From Octopus sinensis (Eukaryota): 64,000 nt of DNA. The stretch spans positions 14,756,001 to 14,820,000 of the forward strand of contig NC_043023.1 of NCBI RefSeq assembly GCF_006345805.1. The letters run 5' to 3'. Shown piece after piece: positions 1 through 12,287 of the stretch; within the stretch, counting starts at the first letter, position 1, and each line of letters opens with the position of its first letter. The notes below the pieces were generated by a model. That model was given only the letters and a program-made list of their open reading frames with translations. It had not been told where the DNA came from and searched no databases. The position numbers and the translations under genes are program-made.

Positions 1-110
1 GTGCTCCAGCATGGCCACAGTCAAATGAATGTAAAAGAGTAACAGTTTCTGATATAAATAATCGTAATCTATACCAACTAAAAGGTATTTGAAGAAAATT
101 TTATTAAAAA

Positions 111-508
111 ACTAGCAGTATCGCCCGGCGTTGCTCGGGTTTGTAAGGGAAATAACTATATATGCATTTTTAGAGTTATAGCCAAAGAAATAGCAAAAAA
201 ATGCATTAAAAATGGGAAAAAAATTATGGTAAATTTTTTTTTAATCGTTGACTCATCGTAGACATTTTTAGAGAGTTACTTCCCTTATATAATAGCGAAA
301 AAATGCATTAAAATGGAAAAAAATGATGGTAAATTATTTTTAAAATCGTAGACTCATCGTAGACGCGCGCTAATATCCTGAAGGGCTCGATATGAATCAC
401 GACTATAAGATACCCAGTTTTGGTTAAACTGCACTGCAAAATGTGGGAGTAGTTAGGAATCTAAATCGTAGGAGACAGACACACAACCTCTCTTTTATAT
501 ATAAAGAT
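111..508. mobile_element. Non-autonomous Helitron/Helentron-like (DINE-1/HINE-type) element
   Basis: Starts ACTAGC followed by a GC hairpin (CCCGGCGTTGCTCGGG), ends CAGACACAC..TTTTATATATAAAGAT, no TSD, internal ~100-bp duplication. Confidence 0.6.
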
Positions 509-682
509 ATTCATTTTTCTGAAAGTTATGAGGAAATAAAATCGACTTATCTGAAATTCCTTTCCCTACCCTCAGAAAAGTTTTACAGTAGATTCCACTC
601 TGATCATAAACTACAGCATCAGAAAGATATTTCTAGAAAACTTTATTAAAGAGATATCCATTTGGAAGTTATGAGGAAACAT

Positions 683-2272
683 GGCGCAGGAGTGGCTGTG
701 TGGTAAGTAGCTTGCTAACCAACACATGGTTCTGGGTTCAGCCCCACTGCGTGGCATCTTGGGCAAGTGTCTTCTGCTATAGCCCCGGGCCGACCAATGC
801 CTTGTGAGTGGATTTGGTAGACGGAAACTGAAAGAAGCCCCAGCATATATAGGCACAGGAGTGGCCGTGTGGTAAGTCTTGCTAACCAACCACTGGTTCC
901 GGGTTCAGTCCCACTGCGTGCATCTTTGGGTGTCTTCTGCTATATGCCCCGGGCCGACCAATGCCTTGTGAGTGGATTTGGTAGACGGAAACTGAAAGAA
1001 GCCCATCATATATAGGCACACAGGAGTGGCTGTGTGGTAGTAAGTAGCTTGCTAACCAACCATGGTTCCGGGTTCAGTCCCACTGCGTGGCATCTTGGGC
1101 AAGTGTCTTCTGCTATAGCCCCGGGCCGACCAATGCCTTGTGAGTGGATTTGGTAGACGGAAACTGAAAGAAGCCCATCATATATAGGCGCAGGAGTGGC
1201 TGTGTAGTAAGTAGCTTGCTAACCAACCACATGGTTCCGGGTTCAGTCCCACTGCGTGGCATCTTGGGCAAGTGTCTTCTGCTATAGCCCCGGGCCGACC
1301 AATGCCTTGTGAGTGGATTTGGTAGACGGAAACTGAAAGAAGCCCATCATATATAGGCGCAGGAGTGGCTGTGTAGTAAGTAGCTTGCTAACCAACCACA
1401 TGGTTCCGGGTTCAGTCCCACTGCGTGGCATCTTGGGCAAGTGTCTTCTGCTATAGCCCCGGGCCGACCATGCCTTGTGAGTGGATTTGTAGACGAAACT
1501 GAAAGAAGCCCATCATATATAGGCACAGGAGTGGCTGTGTAGTAAGTAGCTTGCTAACCAACCACATGGTTCCGGGTTCAGTCCCACTGCGTGGCATCTT
1601 GGGCAAGTGTCTTCTGCTATAGCCCCGGGCGACCAATGTTTATGAGTGGATTTGGTAGACGGAAAACTGAAGAAGCCCATCATATATAGGCACAGAGAGT
1701 GGCTGTGTAGTAAGTAGCTTGCTAACCAACCACATGGTTCCGGGTTCAGTCCCACTGCGTGGCATCTTGGGCAAGTGTCTTCTGCTATAGCCCCGGGCCG
1801 ACCAATGCCTTGTGAGTGGATTTGGTAGACGGAAACTGAAAGAAGCCCATCATATATAGGCGCAGGAGTGGCTGTGTAGTAAGTAGCTTGCTAACCAACC
1901 ACATGGTTCCGGGTTCAGTCCCACTGCGTGGCATCTTGGGCAAGTGTCTTCTACTATAGCCTCGGGCCGACCAAAGCCTTGTGAGTGGATTTGATAGACA
2001 GAAATTGAAAGAAGCCTGTCGTATATATGTATGTATATATATATATATGTATGTGTGTGTATGTGTTTGTGAGTCTGTGTTTGTTCCCCTAGCATTGCTT
2101 GACAACCTATGCTGGTGTGTTTACGTCCCCGTCACTTAGCAGTTCGGCAAAAGAGACCGATAGAATAAGTACTGGGCTTACAAAGAATAAGTCCTGGGGT
2201 CGATTTGCTCGACTAAAGGCGGTGCTCCAGCATGGCCGCAGTCAAATGACTGAAACAAGTAAAAGAGTAAAA
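683..2272 (+). mobile_element. tRNA-derived SINE (family A) with 8 tandem 5' heads and one body
   Basis: Heads start ~683, 852, 1015, 1187, 1356, 1522, 1689 and 1859 (period ~169 bp), each with A-box-like TGGCTGTGTGG and B-box-like GGTTCAGTCCC. The last head continues through a microsatellite into the body ending ACAAGTAAAAGAGTAAAA. Confidence 0.9.
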
Positions 2273-2621
2273 CAAAGTCAAAGCATGTAGCAACCAAAAC
2301 TCCTTTTCACTTCCCAAAAAATGTTCACCTCAGATTCCAATATAATTTTGGAATCTAGGCTACCTGATAGGTATTAGTGGAAAATTTCACTAGAAAATAT
2401 TCGTTTTTCTGGAAGTTATGAGGAAACAAACTCGACTTGTACTCTTTACTTGTTTCAGTCATTTGACTGTGGCCATGCTGGAGCACCGACTTTAGTCGAG
2501 CAAATCGACCCCAGGACTTATTCTTTGTAAGCCTAGTACTTATTCTATTGGTCTCTTTTGCCGAACCGCTACACACCACACACACACGTATATGACTGAA
2601 ACAAGTAAAAGAGAGAGTAAA

Positions 2622-2623
<2 letters not shown>

Positions 2624-2669
<46 letters not shown>

Positions 2670-2737
2670 TATTATATATACATACATACATACATACATA
2701 CATACACACACACATACCTACCTACATATACATACAC

Positions 2738-2770
<33 letters not shown>

Positions 2771-3253
2771 CATACATACATACATACTGCATGCATCATA
2801 TATACATCATACATACATACACACATACCTACATACATACATACATACACACATACATGCATGCATACATACATACATACACACATACATACATACACAA
2901 TACCACTACATACATACATACACACATACACATATACACACATACATACATACATACATACATACATACACGCATGCATGCATACATACATACACACATA
3001 CATACATACATGCATGCATACATACATACACACATACATACATACATACATACATACACACATACACATATACATACACACATACATACATACATAAATG
3101 CATACATACATACATACACACATACATACATACATACATACATGCATGCATGCATACACATATACATACATACATACACACATACACACATACATACATA
3201 CATACATACACACATACCTCCATGCATACATACACATGTCTTGCAAACAAGAC

Positions 3254-3285
<32 letters not shown>
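2624..3285. repeat. (TA)n/(CATA)n microsatellite
   Basis: Direct inspection. Confidence 0.97.
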
Positions 3286-3567
3286 CGGCGGATTCGTTAT
3301 TTTTTTTCTCTTTATCTGCGTGAGTTGTTGAGTATTACTGTCTGGGAGATATCTTATGGTAGTGGAATAGTATTTAACTGCTATTTCTAAATTTCGGTAT
3401 GTGGTGAAGCAAATTTTTGCTGGACCCTAATTATAATTATGCTTATAATTATAGAATTTCTGTATAAGTTTACCCATAATGGCTCTTTTAAAATACCGAA
3501 CTGCTTGTAAAATTATTAATTATTAATCCATTAATTAATTATACCCTTTATTATTATAGATAGTTAA

Positions 3568-4227
3568 CTTTCTTTATTGGCCACCCAGGGCTGAACACAG
3601 AGGGACAAATACAAATGTAGAGCTTTTCTTTTCGAGGGTGGAAAAAGAAAAAAGAAAAAAAAGGAACCAAATGTAGAATTCCGATCAAAAGGGATCGGAA
3701 AAAAAATTATAAAATGGTGATCAAAAGGGATCTCTTTCCTCTCTTTTACTCTTTTACTTGTTTCAGTCATTTGACTGTGGCCATGCTGGAGCACCGCCTT
3801 TAGTCGAGCAAATCGACCCCGGGACTTATTCTTTGGAAGCCTAGTACTTATTCTATCGGTTTCTTTTGGCCGAACCGCTAAGTTACGGGGACGTAAACAC
3901 ACCAGCATCAGTTGTCGAGCAATGCTAGGGGGACAAAAGCAGACACAAACACACACATACATACATAATATATATATATATATTATAATATGTAATATAA
4001 TATTAATTAGAGACAATACCACTATTTTGCAAAACAAACAAGGAAAGACTTAATCAATACATAAAATTTTAATTAAAATTTTATGTATTGATTAAGTCTT
4101 TCCTTGTTTGTTTTGCAAAATAGTGGTATTGTCTCTAATTAATATTATATAATATTTTACTATAAAATTGGATTTAATCCTAAATCTGATTTTTTTCCCT
4201 GTAAATTTGGATTTATTCCCTAATATT

Positions 4228-4262
<35 letters not shown>

Positions 4263-4820
4263 TATGTATGACGGGCTTCTTTCAGTTTCCATCTACCAAA
4301 TCCACTCACAAGGCTTTGGTCGGCCCGAGGCTATAGTAGAAGACACTTGCCCAAGGTGCCACACAGTGGGAGTGAACCCAGAACCATGTGGTTGGTAAGC
4401 AAGCTACTTACCACACAGCCACCCCAACGCCTATCGTGTATCACAGAAAGAATTTTTTTTTTTAAAAAAGGTAAGAAACAAGATTAGGTTTCTCTGTGGA
4501 AAGAAAAGCCTACAGAAAAGACCACGGTAACCTCAGGCAGGGAGGAAATAAACACATGAGAGCAAAGTGCTCTCTCTCTCTCTCTTTTACGATTTACAGG
4601 ATCATGCTCAAAGGGGTTTCATCACTCGCACACACCATCTTTGCTACATTCACCCACCTTTTTTTGAAACTTTCACGAGACAAAACCCGTCTCTCCATTC
4701 TCACCTTCCTTTTCATGTGGTACTTGGAAAAGTTGCTGAGCGATTGGCCAGAGAGGTAAGTGTTTGTCTCTAATCCTTTCGCTCGGGTCCACCACACACA
4801 TTCTTTCACCATAGCCACAG
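3568..4820 (-). mobile_element. L1/Tx1-like LINE 3' end split by a SINE
   Basis: ORF end ECVWWTR...[24 protein letters not shown] (4594-4818), UTR at 4433-4590 and 3568-3735; ATC appears duplicated around the SINE. Confidence 0.55.
3737..4432 (-). mobile_element. SINE family A, full length, with an AT-rich palindromic insert in its central microsatellite
   Basis: Body 3737-3950 and head 4270-4432 are reverse complements of 1859-2272. Confidence 0.88.
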
Positions 4821-4825
4821 GTAGG

Positions 4826-4900
<75 letters not shown>

Positions 4901-4999
4901 GTAGATAGGTAGATAGGTAGATTAGACAGACAGATAGATAGATAGATAGATGAATAGATAGATAGATAGATAAATAGAGAGATAGAGAGATAAATAGAG

Positions 5000-5059
<60 letters not shown>

Positions 5060-5240
5060 TAGATGAATAGATAGACAGACAGACAAATAGATAGACAGAT
5101 AGATAGACAGACAGACGGACAGATAGATAGACAGACAGACAGATAGATAGACAGACAGATAGACAGACAGACAAATAGATAGATAGATAGATAGATAAAT
5201 AGATAGACAGACAGACAGACAGATAGACAGATAGTCAGAC

Positions 5241-5281
<41 letters not shown>

Positions 5282-5368
5282 CATGCATACATACATACAT
5301 ACATATACATGTACGTATACACACCCCCACACACACACACACATACACACACATATATACACACACAT
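4820..5368. repeat. (GATA)n/(GACA)n then (CA)n microsatellite
   Basis: Direct inspection. Confidence 0.97.
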
Positions 5369-5637
5369 CACCAAGGCTATATGCATGTGACTTACTGTAA
5401 ACTGTTCTCCGCTTTCCATATTTTTCTCTCTGTTGCTGTTGTCATCTTTGCTGATGTCGTTGTTGTTGTTGTTGTTGTCATTGAGTCTCCTGTTGTCACT
5501 GCAGCGGTGGCACCGTTGCTGTCGTCGGTGGTGGTCGTTACTTTGGAAGGTATGGTCCAGACCTGGCTGTATCCAGTGGTCTGTAGCTGACCACACAGCA
5601 TCTCTTCCATATACATGCCGCCCATTCTATGCTGCCC

Positions 5638-6090
5638 GACTGGATGGTCGGCTGGATGGTCGGCTGGATGGCTGACTGGTAGACTGGCTGGCTGGCTGGC
5701 TGGCAGGCTGGCTGACCGGATGGATGGATGGATGGATGGATGGATGGTTGGATGGATGGTTGGCCGGTAGACTGGCAGACTGGCTGGTTGGCTTGGTGGC
5801 TGGTTTGATGGATAGATGGATGGATGGATGGATAGTTGACTGGCTGGCTGACCGGATGGATGGAAGGCTAGCTGGTTGGATGGCTTGATGGTTGGCTGGT
5901 TGCCTGGTAGTTTGGCAGACCAGATGACTGGCTTGATGGTTAGTTGGCTCCCTGGATGGATAACTGTCTGGTTGGCTTGCTGGCTTGCTGGCCGGCTGGT
6001 CAGTTGGCTGACTAGATGGCTGGGCCGACAGATGGCTGGCTGGCTGGTTTGTTGGTTGTATGGATGAATGGTTCACTGGCCTGCTGGTTG
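5638..6090. repeat. Degenerate (TGGA/TGGC)n microsatellite
   Basis: Direct inspection. Confidence 0.9.
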
Positions 6091-6332
6091 TGTGTCCAAC
6101 AGAGTATGTTTGTATGTCTGATTGCAGGCTTCTGTGTGTGTGTGTGCACGCATGGCATGTGTGTGTATGTGTGTGGTTGTCATAGTTGAGTCTATCTGCT
6201 AAGTTACAAAGGTAAACACAAACACAAAGGTATTCACACACACACACACACACACGCGCACGCACAAGCATACATTCAGTACAAAGCCTCCCCAACTCAT
6301 GCACCTCTACACCCTCAATCCTTACAGATGCT

Positions 6333-6750
6333 GCGGCGAGCTGGCAGAAATGTTAGCACGCCGGACAAAATGCATAGCAGTATTTCGTCTGTCGTTACGT
6401 TCTGAGTTCAAATTCTGCCAAGGTCAACTTTATAATAATAAATAATGAAATTATTGTATACAGTGCTCAGGTGCACCACAACTTGTCAGAAAGTGCATAT
6501 AAAGTACATGCAGTAATGTAGAAATGTCTGGAAAGTGAACAATGTATGAGTCAGATACATGCTTGTGTGTGTATGGAGGGGAGAAAATCAAGTGTAGTGT
6601 TGGCGAATCTCAGGAAGCATGGAAGTCTTGAAGGATGCAGTGCTCCGACAACTAACAACCGATGCTTTGCCTTTCATCCTTTTGGGGTTGATTAAATAAG
6701 TACCAGTTACGCACTGGGGTCGATATAATCGACTTAATACCTATGTCTGT
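6333..6750 (+). mobile_element. SINE family B (GGCGGCGAGCTGGCAG head) interrupted by a CR1 3' fragment
   Basis: Head 6333-6430 and continuation CTTTGCCTTTCATCC at ~6666; B-box-like GAGTTCAAATT. Confidence 0.82.
6432..6665 (-). mobile_element. 5'-truncated CR1 3' end
   Basis: (AAT)n tail plus CAGTGCTCAGGTGCAC UTR and ORF2 end, homologous to 21485-21700. Confidence 0.85.
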
Positions 6751-6751
6751 C

Positions 6752-6972
6752 GTTGGGTGAAAAGTGGGCAGAAATTCTACAAGAGACAATCACAAAGCTC
6801 ATCAGTTCAATGCCAAAAAGAGTTTCTGAATTAAAAACTGCAAAGGGAACGTCAACTAAATACTAAAGTATGGAGTCCTAACTATCGACTACATTTTAAT
6901 TGTTCGCTTTGCATATTAAATAAAAGATTTTGAAAATTAAAGGTGTCTATTTATTTCCTGCATGTCTGTGTA
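6752..6972 (+). mobile_element. Tc1-like transposon extreme 3' fragment
   Basis: LISSMPKRVSELKTAKGTSTKY* is a typical Tc1 C-terminus. Confidence 0.65.
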
Positions 6973-7324
6973 CATGGCTTATCTGCATCATGTACCTGAA
7001 TCAAACTGGGGACAAATCAAATTCCCTGTCTACGACTGAATATGAATAATTTAAGGACCATTTACTGATGTGCCCGGGTGGTGCCCATGTGAAATTGAAT
7101 TCAATGACAAATTAAAAGCAGTGCTAGTGTTGTAAGCATTACTGACTTAGTGAATGTATTTTGTTTGTTGTCTCACCTGTCCATGTCTTTCGTGTGTTTT
7201 GACACCCAGTGTTGTGAGGGAACCACCCTGCAAATGCTATGCCGCAGCAAAGCAGCAAACAAACAAAACACATATACTGAATACATGTGGTCAATAATCA
7301 CCATCATCATCGTTTAATGCCCAC

Positions 7325-8790
7325 CAGGAACCGGCCAAGCAGGAGCTAGCCAGGCAGGAGCCGGTCAGGCAGGAGCTAGCCAGGCAGGAGCCGTTCAGGC
7401 AGGAGCTAGCCAGGCAGGAGCCGGTCAGGCAGGAGCTAGCCAGGTAGGAGCCGGTCAGGCAGGAGCTAGACAGGTAGGAGCCGGTCAAGCAGGAGCTAGC
7501 CAGGTAGGAGCCGGTCAGGCAGGAGCTAGCCAGGCAGGAGCCGGTCAGGCAGGAGCTAGCCAGGTAGGAGCCGGTCAGGCAGGAGCTAGCCAGGCAGGAG
7601 CCGGTCAGGCAGGAGCTAGCCAGGTAGGAGCCGGTCAGGCAGGAGCTAGCCAGGCAGGAGCCGGTAGGCAGGAGCTAGCCAGGTAGGAGCCGGTCAGGCA
7701 GGAGCTAGCCAGGTAGGAGCCGGTCAGACAGGAGCTAGCCAGGTAGGAGCCGGTCAGGCAGGAGCTAGCCAGGCAGGCCAGGAGCTAGCCAGGTAGGAGC
7801 CGGTCAGCAGGAGCTAGCCAGGCAGGAGCCGGTCAGGCAGGAGCTAGCCAGGTAGGAGCCGTCAGGCAGGAGCTAGCCAGGCAGGAGCCGTCATGCAGGA
7901 GCTAGCCAGGTAGGAGCCGTCAGGCAGATCTAGCCAGGCAGGAGCGGTCAGGCAGGAGCTAGCCAGGTAGGAGCCCGTTCAGGCAGGAGCTAGCCAGGTA
8001 GGAGCCGGTCAGGCAGGAGCTAGCCAGGCAGGAGCCGGTCAGGCAGGAGCCTAGCCAGGTCGGAGCCGTCAGGCAGGAGCTAGCCCGGCAGTAGCCGGTC
8101 AGGCAGGAGCTAGCCAGGTAGGAGCCGGTCAGGCAGGAGCTAGCCAGGTAGGAGCCGGTCAGGCAGGAGCTAGCCAGGCAGGAGCCGGTCAGGCAGGAGC
8201 TAGCCAGGTAGGAGCCGGTCAGGCAGGAGCTAGCCAGGCAGGAGCCGGTCAGGCAGGAGCTAGCCAGGTAGGAGCCGGTCAGGCAGGAGCTAGCCAGGTA
8301 GGAGCCGGTCAGGCAGGAGCTAGCCAGGCAGGAGCCGGTCAGGCAGGAGCTAGCCAGGCAGGAGCCGGTCAGGCAGGAGCTAGCCAGGCAGGAGCCGGTA
8401 GGCAGGAGCTAGCCAGGTAGGAGCCGGTCAGGCAGGAGCTAGCCATGTAGGGAGCCGGTCAGGCAGGAGCTACCAGGCAGGAGCCGGTCAGGCAGGAGCT
8501 AGCCAGGCAGGAGCGGTAGGCAGGACTAGCCAGGTAGGAGCCGGTCAAGGCAGGAGCTAGCCAGGTAGGAGCCGGTCAGGCAGGAGCTAGCCAGGTAGGA
8601 GCCGGTCAGGCAGGAGCTAGCCAGGCAGGAGCCGGTCAGGCAGGAGCTAGCCAGGCAGGAGCCGGTCACGCAGGAGCTAGCCAGGCAGGCAGGAGCTAGC
8701 CAGGCAGGCAGGAGCTAGCCAGGTAGGAGCCGGTCAGGCAGGAGCTAGCCAGGCAGGAGCCGGTCAGGCAGGATCTAGCCAGGTAGGAGC
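7325..8790. repeat. GC-rich 30-bp minisatellite (~48 copies)
   Basis: Unit GCCAGG[C/T]AGGAGCCGGTCAGGCAGGAGCTA, itself two related ~15-mers. Confidence 0.95.
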
Positions 8791-9213
8791 CTGCACCAGA
8801 TTTCTGTGACTGTTTTGGCACAGTTTCTACAACTGGGTGCCCTCCCTAACACCAACCACCGAGCCCAAGGTGCCACAGGACTGAACCCGGAACCATGTGG
8901 TTGGTAAGCAAGCTTGGTTTGGTAAGGATAAAAAAAAAGTACTCCATGTAGTGAGAGATGAATATCATTTAATATACACTATTTACAAAATAATTATTAA
9001 TAGTTTCATGCTTTAGAGATACAATAAATTGGTAGATGCATCTCCAAGCAATCTTTCAGATTCAGTTCATAATGTTAGATGTATGTGAAAACCAGGATGC
9101 TCATTTAATAGAAAACATGAGAAAAAAGAAGAAGAAAACACATGTAGAAGGTTGATACAAAAAGTGGAATGAGAAGAAGAAGAAACATAAGAAAAGCAAA
9201 AGATCATCTTCTT

Positions 9214-9375
9214 TGTAGAAATCATAATTAATCTAGTTAATCTAGAATAATATGTAGTTAATCTAGAATAATTTGTCTGTAGAAATCATAATTAATCTAG
9301 TTAATCTAGAATAATATGTAGTTAATCTAGAATAATTTGTCTGTAGAAATCATAATTAATCATAATTAATCTAGA
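9214..9375. repeat. ~64-bp AT-rich tandem repeat (~2.5 copies)
   Basis: TGTAGAAATCATAATTAATC recurs at ~9214, 9278 and 9342. Confidence 0.85.
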
Positions 9376-9762
9376 ACAAAGTAGTTGTATGTTGTCAATT
9401 TAATGTGACAGTCCCATGAAAGGAATAATACTACTGCTATTTAGCCCTGGGAGGCAGCACCACTTCCTGTCAGCCTTGACACATTTCCTGTGTCCTAATG
9501 TTTGCAAGGGGGAGATAAGCACCTCCATCCAGCTAAGCCAGCATCCAGAGACTAGTTCTGAGTCTTTGCTCATCATCAGTCTGGAGTAGCATGGCCTGCT
9601 AGTTGGAGATGCTTGTCTAGCTGATGCAGTTTGCGCAAAAAAAGCTGGCTGGCTTGAAATAATGCCACAAAATGCAGTATATTTAAGAGACAAAAATGTC
9701 TCAAATTTGGTTTAGATGTTTGACAACTCAGCACCGTCCATTGGACAGGGGGCATTTTGCTC

Positions 9763-9793
<31 letters not shown>

Positions 9794-9906
9794 CATATAT
9801 ACATATAAAACATTATTGGTGAATTGAAGAAATGGAGCTGAACGCAGATTGAACAGAAATCGTTTTATTTCATTCTACACGTGTTTTTGTTTTCCACGGA
9901 TTTCCT

Positions 9907-9996
9907 TTTTCTTCCTGAAGAGAAAGACACAATATGGTCCCATTATTCAATCGGATTTTGGTAATTTGTGCCTTTCGAAACACGTGTAGAATGAAA
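9907..9996 (+). ncRNA. Type I minimal hammerhead ribozyme motif in a Penelope-like LTR fragment
   Basis: CTGAAGA 9915-9921; stem II GAAAGACACAA/TTGTGCCTTTC; GAAA 9977-9980; C-ACGT-G; GUA cleavage triplet; stem I TTTCTTC/GAATGAAA. Confidence 0.72.
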
Positions 9997-10195
9997 TAAA
10001 ACGATTTCTGTTCAATCTGCGTTCAGCTCCATTTCTTCAATTCACCAATAATGTTTTAATTTCAATTATCCGCACCAACGCACGGTTGCAACGCCAGATG
10101 GTTGTACCTCCACCGTGCTGTTCACTGCTGTGATTTTGCTACTAAGTATCGGTTAAACTTTGATTAATCTACTACAATTATTCATCTTTCTATTT

Positions 10196-10196
10196 C

Positions 10197-10239
<43 letters not shown>

Positions 10240-10353
10240 CATATAATATATAATATATACATATAATATATATACATATATAATACCTATATATGTAATA
10301 TATACATAATATATATATATACTATAATTATATATATACATATATATTAATAC

Positions 10354-10404
<51 letters not shown>

Positions 10405-10577
10405 CATTATATATATATCTACATATTATATATATATATCATATAATATATTATACATATATATAATATTATCTATATATATATATATACATATATATAA
10501 TATATATACATATATTATATATAATATATATATATATATCTACATATATATATATATATATATTATATATATACATA

Positions 10578-10624
<47 letters not shown>

Positions 10625-10628
10625 AGAG

Positions 10629-10660
<32 letters not shown>

Positions 10661-10663
10661 TAC

Positions 10664-10727
<64 letters not shown>

Positions 10728-10870
10728 TATATATATATAATACATATATATATATATGTATATATGTACAATATATGTAGATAGAGAGAGAGACACAGCC
10801 AGAGATACATACAGACAGAGATAGAGACAGACAGACAGCCAGACAGAGGTAGATAAAGAGAGAGAGAGAA
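10196..10870. repeat. (TA)n/(GA)n microsatellite
   Basis: Direct inspection. Confidence 0.97.
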
Positions 10871-11159
10871 AAAAGTGAGAGCTAGTCACCTATGTACGCA
10901 ATTCCTCATTGTAGCAGAACTGAATGCTCTGTCAGACATTGTAAATATGTGCAAATATCTGCGTGTATTTGTGTGAATGTGTGCATATATCTTGCATAGT
11001 TCAATATTGTAGCCAGTGTACATATAACTGAATTTAAACATTGTTGTACTCCCATCAATATAATTGCAACACTGGTGTTTGTTGCTCTAAGAGGGACAGA
11101 CCATGATAGGTTGTATACCTCATCGATTTTCAGAAAAGTCAACCTCAGCTCATTTCATT

Positions 11160-11373
11160 TTCTCTTTTACTCTCTTTTACTTGTTTCAGTCATTTGACTG
11201 TGGCCATGCTGGAGCACCGCCTTTAGTCGAGCAAATCGAGCCCCAGGACTTATTCTTTGGAAGCCTAGTACTTATTCTATCGGTCTCTTTTGCCAAACTG
11301 CTAAGTTACGGGGAGGTAAACACACCAGCATCGGTTGTCAAGCGATGTTGGCGGGACAAACACAGACTCACAA

Positions 11374-11412
<39 letters not shown>

Positions 11413-11598
11413 TATACATACCTATGCATATATATGACGGCTTCTTTCAGTTTCCGTCTACCAAATCCACTCACAAGGCTTTGGTCGGCCTAAGGCTATA
11501 GTAGAAGACACTTGCCCAAAGTGTCAAACAAGTGGGACTGAACCCGGAACCATGTGATTCGTAAGCAAGCTACTTACTACACAGTCATTCCTACGCCT
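11160..11598 (-). mobile_element. SINE family A, full length
   Basis: Head, (CA)n and body match other copies. Confidence 0.88.
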
Positions 11599-11842
11599 CA
11601 TCAACTGTTGTTAGTTGAACTCCATAAAATATTAGAGAAAGAAATCTAACTGTTTCTTACAATACACACATCTAGAGCAAAATTTTTTTCATGGACCCTT
11701 AATACACTACTGTAGACCCCGAATTTACTCTTTTGCTTGTGTGGACCCCTGTAGTCATTTGATTTTTAAAAACTAGTTTTATAGAATCTTCTTTCAGAAT
11801 TCTTATTTTGTTGTTCCCACATTAACTTATGCAGGTTGAACT

Positions 11843-12120
11843 ACCGTAAATCCTCGAATATAATCCGCATTTTTTCCCAAAATTTAAAGGTCAAAATCCC
11901 TAGTGCATACTATATACGAGGTTAAAAATAAAAATTATTTTCTAAACAATGTCTGGGTCTCTATTTGCTGTCCGGCAATGTTTATTCAAACGCATTTTGT
12001 GATGTCAGACACGAAAATACCTTAAGCTAAGCCTGAAAGCAATGAAGTCATAAAAGAATCATCCATAACTTGCAGTAAGCAACATTTATTAAACGTTATT
12101 ACTGTTATTTCTTTATTTTC
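11843..12120. mobile_element. TcMar-type (Tc2/pogo-like) DNA transposon end fragment
   Basis: TA-CCGTAAATCCTCGAATATAATCCGCA terminus; partner end not seen. Confidence 0.45.
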
Positions 12121-12245
12121 TGTTTTGGCACAGTTTCTACAGCTGGATGCCCTTCCTAATGCCAACCACTCCATAAGTGTAGTGGCTGCTTTTTACGTCC
12201 CACCAGCACAGGTGCCAGGGGAGGCTGGCAACAGCCATGATCAGT

Positions 12246-12287
<42 letters not shown>

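Noticed and set aside
2355-3390. HTYI/MYVC ORFs, also at 10.2-10.9, 20.3-21.3 and 27.5-28.1 kb
   Set aside because: Microsatellite artefacts.
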